A stretch of 32,000 nucleotides of DNA, from NCBI GenBank assembly GCA_963675915.1, contig OY780959.1, forward strand, positions 1,080,001 through 1,112,000. The letters are read 5' to 3'. A program made the translations under genes and the position numbers. Below the pieces are notes generated by a model, which saw nothing but the letters and a program-made list of their open reading frames with translations, did not search any database and had not been told where the DNA came from. Positions 25,984 to 32,000 of this stretch are shown in pieces (positions within the stretch are counted from its first letter, which is position 1; each line of letters opens with the position of its first letter). Origin of the DNA: Coprobacillaceae bacterium. GTDB taxonomy: Bacteria; Bacillota_I; Bacilli_A; Erysipelotrichales; Coprobacillaceae.

Positions 25984-26457
25984 CTAAAAACTCTTGGCCA
26001 CATCGACCCAGCCCAGCGCCATTGAGTGTTCTTCAAGTTCACTCAGGTTCATCTTGATTGCCGAGTTGCCGCTGCCTCCGGCGGGATAGACATGATCAAA
26101 CCGCTGCAGCGAGACATCCAGATAGACATCAACCCCTTCGTTGATGGCAAAAGGACCGACCCCGCCGGGCTTGTGACCGATATAGTATTCAACCTCATCC
26201 CATTTGATCATTTTGGCTTTCTTGCCAAAGCGGTCCTTGTATTTCTTATTATCGACTTTCCTGTCGCCAGCCACTACAATCAAAATCGGCTGTTCCTCAA
26301 GCAAAAAAGACATCGTCTTGGCGATTTCCTGAGGCCCACAGCCAAGAGCCTGAGCCGCCAGTTCCACGGTCTCGCCGGGCTTTTCCAATTCCATCACTTT
26401 ACCTTCCAGTCCTCTTGACTTGAAATACTGTTTCACATTTTCCAAAGACATCTGCAT
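25984..26457 (-). CDS. YbaK/EbsC-type aminoacyl-tRNA editing (deacylase) domain protein
   Basis: Size and motifs fit (...KT..F........LIVV.GD.KVD.KK..., ...GHKPGGVGPF...). The second ATG at 26451 has better RBS spacing and may be the true start. Probably co-transcribed with 25068..25958. Confidence 0.75.
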   Translation of the reverse strand: MQMSLENVKQYFKSRGLEGKVMELEKPGETVELAAQALGCGPQEIAKTMSFLLEEQPILIVVAGDRKVDNKKYKDRFGKKAKMIKWDEVEYYIGHKPGGVGPFAINEGVDVYLDVSLQRFDHVYPAGGSGNSAIKMNLSELEEHSMALGWVDVAKSF

Positions 26458-26649
26458 TCCCCCTCTTGACTTTGCGGATTTTTATTGGTAAAAGTATATC
26501 ATAAAATATTATCATATCGATAAAAAACTTGCAGATTCTGGTTTTTTGTCCCCACCAAGACGCGTTTATGCCAATATCTTTGCCAAATCGCTAATAATTG
26601 AGGCTGAATTATGATAAAATCAAGTATACGCATTTAAAGGAGCAAATTT

Positions 26650-27633
26650 ATGAAAATCAGTGATATCGCCAGAATGGCCAACGTTTCCACCGCTACTGTT
26701 TCACGGGTAATCAACAACTCGGGATATGTCAGTGAAGAAAAACGCCAGTTGATCAACAAGATCATCAAGGAGACCAACTATCAGATCAATCTCCAGGCCA
26801 AGGCGCTTAGAATAAGCAAATCAAAGATGATTGCCTGTGTTGTTCCCGCCCTGGATTCTTCCTTGGTCATGGACATCAACAACCATCTTCTTAATATTCT
26901 CAATGACCAGGGCTATACCCTGATCATCACCAAGTTCACCAACCGCAACAGTGAAAAAAGCATTGTCAATAAAGTCCGGGAACTGGCTTCAAAAGGAATT
27001 GATGGAATCATCCTGATGACGGGAATCACCTCTGATGAAGTGGCCCAGGAAATTGGCACCATGAATGTTCCCATCGTCTGTCTCAACAGTTATTTCGACC
27101 AGCTCTACAGTGTTAACTCGGATGTTTACCAGCTGGCCTATCAAATGGCAAAACATGTGATTGACCAGGGCTATACCAAAATTGCCTACTGCAAGTGTTA
27201 TGGCAAAGCAAGTATCACCACCGATTTCTACCAGGGCATCCAGGCTGCTTTAATAGAGCACGGCCTTAAGACCCCGGACCATTGGCTCGTTGACTGCCAA
27301 CCTGGAAAAAACCATCATGATTCTGGAATCATTACTGCAACTTACCTGAGCCAACTCGAAGACCAGCCGGAAGTTTTCATTTCCCAGTTCGACCGGATTT
27401 CGATTATCGCCCAGAAAATCTGTCAGGAAAAAGGAGCCAAGATCCGCTTTACCGGAATGGGAAATCTCGAAATAGCCGAATTTGTCACTCCGGCCCTGAC
27501 TACTGCTGACTATGACAACCAGAAATTAGCCCAGAATCTCTACCAAACTTTGATTACCCTGATTGACAAGGAAACACCAGCCGCTAAAAAAGTTTCAGTT
27601 GAGGGTAGACTTATAAAACGCGAAAGTGTATAA
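26650..27633 (+). CDS. LacI family transcriptional regulator
   Basis: N-terminal HTH MKISDIARMANVSTATVSRVINNSGYVSEEKRQ plus a periplasmic-binding-protein-like sugar-binding fold. Confidence 0.9.
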   Translation: MKISDIARMANVSTATVSRVINNSGYVSEEKRQLINKIIKETNYQINLQAKALRISKSKMIACVVPALDSSLVMDINNHLLNILNDQGYTLIITKFTNRNSEKSIVNKVRELASKGIDGIILMTGITSDEVAQEIGTMNVPIVCLNSYFDQLYSVNSDVYQLAYQMAKHVIDQGYTKIAYCKCYGKASITTDFYQGIQAALIEHGLKTPDHWLVDCQPGKNHHDSGIITATYLSQLEDQPEVFISQFDRISIIAQKICQEKGAKIRFTGMGNLEIAEFVTPALTTADYDNQKLAQNLYQTLITLIDKETPAAKKVSVEGRLIKRESV

Positions 27634-27649
27634 TAAACGAAGAAAGATA

Positions 27650-27677
27650 CCGCTTACATCGATGAGCGGAATTTTTT
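27650..27677 (+). terminator. Terminator after the LacI gene
   Basis: CCGCTTA-catcga-TGAGCGG followed by AATTTTTT. Confidence 0.7.
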
Positions 27678-27686
27678 CGAGGCTGT

Positions 27687-27702
27687 ATGTAATCGATTAC
27701 AT
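27687..27702. promoter_or_regulatory. Perfect 16-bp palindrome ATGTAATCGATTACAT: LacI/GalR-type operator or cre-like site
   Basis: Matches the TGWAANCGNTNWCA cre / LacI-family operator pattern. Lies between the lacI-family terminator and the esterase RBS and overlaps a CATAAT -10-like box. Confidence 0.65.
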
Positions 27703-27750
27703 AATACTATGTGGCGCTTGCTCAGCCTAACAAGAAAGAGAGGAAAAGTA

Positions 27751-29325
27751 ATGAAAACGAAGTATTTGAAGACGCTATTTGTCTCAGGAATGGTGCTGGG
27801 GATGACTGGCTGTTCCAGTCAACCGGCAAGTTTTGAACTTGATCCAGCCACTCCAATCGAAGTCGACGGCGGAGAAATCACCGGTATTGCCAGTGATGAC
27901 GATTCAGTCGCAATTTACAAGGGCATCCCCTTTGCAGCAGCTCCAGTTGGTGATTTGCGCTGGCAGGCTCCCAAACCGGTAACCCAATGGGATGGCGTGA
28001 AAGAATGTGACGATTGGGGTGCAAGTGCAATCCAGCCGACCCAAGCGCCGTTTAGAATGTGGTCGGAAGAATTCATCATCGAAGATACTGGCTATTCGGA
28101 AGATTGTCTGTCACTCAATGTCTGGGCCAAAACTGACGGGGATAGCGACAAACCGGTATTGGTTTACATCCATGGTGGTGGTTTCTCCAGTGGTGGTTCA
28201 TCATGTGAAGTTTATGATGGCGAATATGTGGCTCAACAGGATATTGTTTACGTAAGTATCAACTATCGGGTTGGAATCATGGGATTCCTGGCTCATCCGG
28301 AATTAAGCGGAGAATCACCTGAGGGAACTTCAGGAAACTATGGTCTGATGGACCAGATTGCCGCTCTTGAATGGGTTCAAGATAATATCGACCAATTCGG
28401 AGGGGACGCTTCAAATGTAACTATCATGGGACAATCAGCTGGTTCAGCTGCGGTAAACTGTCTGATCAACTCGCCTAAAGCTGAGGGACTTTTCGACCAG
28501 GCCGTTTCAATGAGTTACAACCTGATCAACTCTGACTATGCAACTTTGGCTGATAAAGAAGTCGAAGGTAAAGAACTGTTCGGGGATATGACTTTGGAAC
28601 AAATGCGCGCAATGACTCCAGAAGAATTATTGGCGACTGGGTTTAGAGGTTCACCGATCATTGACGGAAATGTTATTGAAGATAACTACTTCCCTAACAT
28701 CAAAGCCGGAAAAACCAATGATGTCACTTTGATGTCAGGTATCGTTGATGGCGATGTAGCACTATTCGGTTCAATCCGGTCTGACGCTGATGGTGGGATC
28801 ACCGTGGATTCATTCAACAGCCAATTGGCAACACTATTTGGCGATGACGCAGATGCAGCAATGGAAATCTATCAGGCAACTGAAGCCAACGTCGCTGATC
28901 TCCAATTCCAAGTCAACAGTGATTTCGCGTTAGGACTCCAAAATGTCCTGGCTAAAACCCGAGCTATCGGATTCGACAGCGACACTTTCCTGTATAACTT
29001 CTCCCATATCGTACCCGGACCTGAAGCTGCAATGTACGGCGCTTTCCATACCGGAGACGTGCCTTACTTCCTGAACATCTTCTCTGACCTGCGTGCTGAT
29101 TACTGGGCTCAGGAAGATTATGATCTAGGATCATTGATGTCTTCTTATCTGATCAACTTCGTTAAAACCGGAACTCCAAACGGTGGCAATCTGGCTGACT
29201 GGCCGGCAAGCGAAAGTGATTATAAATTCATGAACTTCGACAGCGAATCGGAATTAAGAGAATTTGACGCTGCCAAAGTTGAATTATATGACAACTACTT
29301 CAACAACATGTTTGACTTTAGTTAA
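27751..29325 (+). CDS. Carboxylesterase/lipase type B family protein, predicted lipoprotein
   Basis: Lipobox LGMTG|C after MKTKYLKTLFVSGMV. HGGGF oxyanion-hole motif and GQSAGS nucleophile elbow. ATG 27751 has a GAGAGGAAAAG RBS. Confidence 0.85.
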   Translation: MKTKYLKTLFVSGMVLGMTGCSSQPASFELDPATPIEVDGGEITGIASDDDSVAIYKGIPFAAAPVGDLRWQAPKPVTQWDGVKECDDWGASAIQPTQAPFRMWSEEFIIEDTGYSEDCLSLNVWAKTDGDSDKPVLVYIHGGGFSSGGSSCEVYDGEYVAQQDIVYVSINYRVGIMGFLAHPELSGESPEGTSGNYGLMDQIAALEWVQDNIDQFGGDASNVTIMGQSAGSAAVNCLINSPKAEGLFDQAVSMSYNLINSDYATLADKEVEGKELFGDMTLEQMRAMTPEELLATGFRGSPIIDGNVIEDNYFPNIKAGKTNDVTLMSGIVDGDVALFGSIRSDADGGITVDSFNSQLATLFGDDADAAMEIYQATEANVADLQFQVNSDFALGLQNVLAKTRAIGFDSDTFLYNFSHIVPGPEAAMYGAFHTGDVPYFLNIFSDLRADYWAQEDYDLGSLMSSYLINFVKTGTPNGGNLADWPASESDYKFMNFDSESELREFDAAKVELYDNYFNNMFDFS

Positions 29326-29360
29326 TATTCAGGGCGACAAAACAATTAATAAATAATCCT

Positions 29361-29392
29361 AAAAAAATCATGGCTAGCTGCCATGATTTTTG
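29361..29392. terminator. Bidirectional terminator between the esterase and DUF2202-like genes
   Basis: AAAAAAATCATGGC-tagct-GCCATGATTTTT. Confidence 0.75.
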
Positions 29393-29427
29393 TTTAGCGA
29401 TTGAATTGTTGGGTCTATTGTATTATT

Positions 29428-30030
29428 TTAACCGCCCTGTCTTTCGAAATTATATTGGAATGAACCCAGATGGTTATAGGATGCATTTTGGAGATTTTCA
29501 AACACGAGCCGGACATCTTCAGGGAGCTCTTGAGCCAGGAATACTTCATACATCGCAATATTGGCGATTTCCGCTTCTACCCCGGTTTCATAAGCTTCAA
29601 GCAGACTGGTCGGCAAGACCACATGGTCAGCTGAAAGATCTTCAGGCAAATCATAATCGTAATTTTCAAACAAGACTTCCAAAGCTTCAATATGATTTTC
29701 TTCGGCCTTGATGATATTGGTAAACGGTCGCACTTGTCCGTATTCATCGATGATCAGTTCATACTCGCTTCTAGCGATGTATTCATCCTGGATGGCATAG
29801 GCCATCATTTCTTCGATGGTGTATTCGCCATCTTCGTCAACTCCTGATGCCCCATATAAAATCACATCATCATCAGTGATCCCACTGTCATCACCGCCAG
29901 TATTATCATCGACAACCCCGGAATCATCCTGGGTATTATCATCACTGCCATCGTCATTGATGCCACAGCCAAACAACATCGCACTTGCCAAAAGCAAGCC
30001 TCCGATTCTTTTTAAGGTACTAGATTTCAT
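29428..30030 (-). CDS. Lipoprotein with ferritin-like DUF2202-type domain
   Basis: Lipobox MLFG|C and a D/G-rich linker. Two half-repeats with F.NI..AE..H..AL..L and F.NL..AS.NHL..F patterns are characteristic of DUF2202. Confidence 0.65.
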   Translation of the reverse strand: MKSSTLKRIGGLLLASAMLFGCGINDDGSDDNTQDDSGVVDDNTGGDDSGITDDDVILYGASGVDEDGEYTIEEMMAYAIQDEYIARSEYELIIDEYGQVRPFTNIIKAEENHIEALEVLFENYDYDLPEDLSADHVVLPTSLLEAYETGVEAEIANIAMYEVFLAQELPEDVRLVFENLQNASYNHLGSFQYNFERQGG

Positions 30031-30146
30031 TTTATATCACCTCTGTATATTCTTTCTAGTAATACAATAACAAAACAATATGACAAAATAGTGACAGGTT
30101 GAATTATCAGACTTTCTAGATCAATAATGATAAATATCAGTATTGA

Positions 30147-30782
30147 TCATTTGCGGTTCTTGATTATCTTAAAATACGTGTGACCATAGATTCTATCATG
30201 ACCGTGACAGATCCAGTTACAATCTTCGCGATTATAACTGTGGCCGCCAACAATCTTAGTGATTTTGAAAGACAAGGTAAGACAGTTCCCGCTTTTGATC
30301 ATTTCCAGGCTGGAACGGTCGAATTTGACCATCACCGGATGGCTGTGGTCCTGAAGATAGATTATTTTGACATCCTTATTTTCAAATCCGGCTTTGAACC
30401 GGGCATTTTCGACCAGCCCCTGATAATGGTAGCATCCTCGCTTCGCAATCTCCTGTTTGATCTGCGCTAGAACCCGATCATCATTATTGATTTGGACGAG
30501 GGTATAGACCGGCTCGATTGGTTTAGATTTGACTGCCGGGGCCTGCCCCGCTTTAACAACTACCGACTTAAGACCAGTTTTCTCTTTTACCCGGGTTTGA
30601 ACTCTTCGGGATTGAAGCGACTTTTCGCGATAATTGGAGCAATGTGCCGATCCGCTACAAATGATGGACTTCTCGCATTCACCTTTGTCATAATAGAAGC
30701 AACGGCTGCGATGTCTTTTTTGGTCGCCTTCTTTACGGTGGATCTTTTCGATATGCCACGGCACTCCCTGTAATGATTTCAT
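30147..30782 (-). CDS. Hypothetical Cys/His-rich protein
   Basis: AAAGGGGAA RBS. N-terminal C-x7-C-x5-C-x5-C cluster (C28, C36, C42, C48) and C-terminal C-x3-C-H-G-H. No family recognised. Confidence 0.6.
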   Translation of the reverse strand: MKSLQGVPWHIEKIHRKEGDQKRHRSRCFYYDKGECEKSIICSGSAHCSNYREKSLQSRRVQTRVKEKTGLKSVVVKAGQAPAVKSKPIEPVYTLVQINNDDRVLAQIKQEIAKRGCYHYQGLVENARFKAGFENKDVKIIYLQDHSHPVMVKFDRSSLEMIKSGNCLTLSFKITKIVGGHSYNREDCNWICHGHDRIYGHTYFKIIKNRK

Positions 30783-30814
30783 AAATTATTCCCCTTTCCA
30801 ATACCCTTTGTTAC

Positions 30815-30845
30815 ATTATATCACTTCCATTGGGGTAAAACCACC
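30815..30845 (-). promoter_or_regulatory. Conserved 31-nt promoter-region motif, copy 1 (upstream of 30147..30782)
   Basis: Minus-strand sense GGTGGTTTTACCCCAATGGAAGTGATATAAT, containing an extended -10 (TGATATAAT). 24 of 31 positions are identical to copy 2. Confidence 0.5.
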
Positions 30846-30888
30846 AAATTGGATGCCCTTTCATAATTCTATAAATATATTTACGGTC

Positions 30889-30918
30889 AAAAAAAAGGAT
30901 ATCGTATCTGATATCCTT
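30889..30918 (-). terminator. Terminator after 30929..31768
   Basis: Minus-strand sense AAGGATATC-agatac-GATATCCTT followed by TTTTTTTT. Confidence 0.8.
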
Positions 30919-30928
30919 AACTGGTAAA

Positions 30929-31768
30929 TTATTTAAATGGGAGTGGACCTCTGTTTTCAAGCACCAGAGTTTCCTCTTGACCTTGCCAGGTGAACGTAAT
31001 CTCGTATTGCTCCACGTTGCTTTGATAGGTGCTTTGGTCACTGCTGACACTGCGATACCAGCCATCATCATCAAGAAGTGAACTATCGTAGGATTCGACC
31101 TTTTCCACGGCTCCTGATTCGAAAGTCTTTTCAACACTCATCGGACCGATATCTTGATAATTTTCACCTAAAAATTCAATTTCATAAGTCAGGATAGCTT
31201 CACCTTCAGTATAATAATTTTCACCGTCTTCAATAGTATTACAGTAGTGTTCCAGAATCATATCACCCTGCCAATGTTCACTGCTGCCCTCGTAGCGGTA
31301 TTTTTTTGCATGATTGAAGTTGTATAAGACAATTTTGTCAATCCGGTCTCCCATTTCGTGAATTTGTTCTGGATGATCGAACCCATCATCAGCTGGATAA
31401 ACCAAATAAATCAGAATATTCTTGGTTTCATATGGAGCCAGGCAATGGTCAGCGACAAATGACGTTCCCATAAAGCTACTTTGCTTCATCCATTCATCCC
31501 GTTCATCGATATCTTTGAATTCATAAATGAACATATTGTAATCACTGCCTGCGATATCATAAATGGTCGGCAAAACCGCCCCGGCGCTGTATTCAATTGG
31601 TATGTATGTCTTGTTTAGCGACAAAACCAAGCCCTGGTCCTCAAATTCATCAACTACCTGACTGGTATTCAGCCAGACTACCTCGTCATGAATAGTCACC
31701 ATCAAAAATATTCCGATTGCGATAATTAATCCGGTGAAAATTCCAGCGGCAATAATTTTTCCTTTCAA
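30929..31768 (-). CDS. Hypothetical membrane-anchored (signal-anchor) extracytoplasmic protein
   Basis: TTG at 31768 is preceded by a very strong AAGAGGGGGG RBS, giving (M)KGKIIAAGIFTGLIIAIGIFLMVTI... The track ORF starts at GTG 31852 with no RBS. No family recognised. Confidence 0.6.
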   Translation of the reverse strand: MKGKIIAAGIFTGLIIAIGIFLMVTIHDEVVWLNTSQVVDEFEDQGLVLSLNKTYIPIEYSAGAVLPTIYDIAGSDYNMFIYEFKDIDERDEWMKQSSFMGTSFVADHCLAPYETKNILIYLVYPADDGFDHPEQIHEMGDRIDKIVLYNFNHAKKYRYEGSSEHWQGDMILEHYCNTIEDGENYYTEGEAILTYEIEFLGENYQDIGPMSVEKTFESGAVEKVESYDSSLLDDDGWYRSVSSDQSTYQSNVEQYEITFTWQGQEETLVLENRGPLPFK

Positions 31769-31867
31769 AGTAATTCCCCCCTCTTTCTTTGAGGTGAAGT
31801 GCCCTGCCAGGCAATCACTTGATTTCCCCCGATTTGCCTTGAGGACCCTCACCAGTTACCTGTTAAT

Positions 31868-31898
31868 ATTAGATCACCTTTATTGGGGTTTAACCATC
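31868..31898 (-). promoter_or_regulatory. Conserved 31-nt promoter-region motif, copy 2 (upstream of 30929..31768)
   Basis: Minus-strand sense GATGGTTAAACCCCAATAAAGGTGATCTAAT. Confidence 0.5.
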
Positions 31899-32000
31899 TT
31901 CACCGGACAGCCAACCTCACAGCAGTCTTTTAGCTTGTAAATCCAAATTAATTCTATGGTTTTAGCTAAGACCATCCAGCGTATCCCGTCATAACAAACC

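Noticed and set aside
1-32000. CRISPR arrays, IS elements, prophage, a DGR (template/variable repeat pair with reverse transcriptase), or known defence or toxin-antitoxin modules
   Set aside because: No regularly spaced short direct repeats were seen. No transposase, integrase, reverse transcriptase, nuclease or ATPase-like ORFs were seen. The only large repeats are coding repeats within the adhesin gene and the tandem MFS and HAD paralogs.

Overview
Chromosomal-looking segment from a low-to-moderate GC Gram-positive (Firmicutes-like) genome. This is judged by eye from strong GGAGG-type RBSs, TTGACA/TATAAT promoters, genome-encoded CCA on tRNAs, lipobox lipoproteins and many hairpin+T-run terminators. 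The standard code applies: TAA, TGA and TAG all terminate well-supported genes. I see 29 coding regions and 3 tRNAs. Left end: a very large repeat-rich surface/adhesin gene on the minus strand, interrupted by one in-frame TAG and running off the window. It is followed by a 0.9-kb non-coding region, AraC- and MerR-family regulators and two orphan prepilin-type genes. Middle: a tandem pair of MFS transporter paralogs that share a conserved leader, then GNAT, a membrane 4Fe-4S-type protein and a membrane protein with a degenerate HAD domain. Next come tRNA-Lys/Ser/Asp, two tandem HAD phosphatase paralogs, an Asp/Glu-type racemase and an orphan PTS EIIC. Right: DMT/LysR, 2-hydroxyacid dehydrogenase/Crp-Fnr, YbaK-DMT, LacI plus a lipoprotein carboxylesterase, a DUF2202-like lipoprotein and two hypothetical genes that share a promoter-region motif. 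I found no CRISPR array, transposase, integrase, phage gene or recognisable defence or toxin-antitoxin system. The most unusual items are the split adhesin gene, the orphan and chimeric pilins, the HAD pseudo-enzyme membrane protein, the duplicated MFS leader and the co-motif hypothetical pair. All family calls are by-eye motif recognition and no searches were run.
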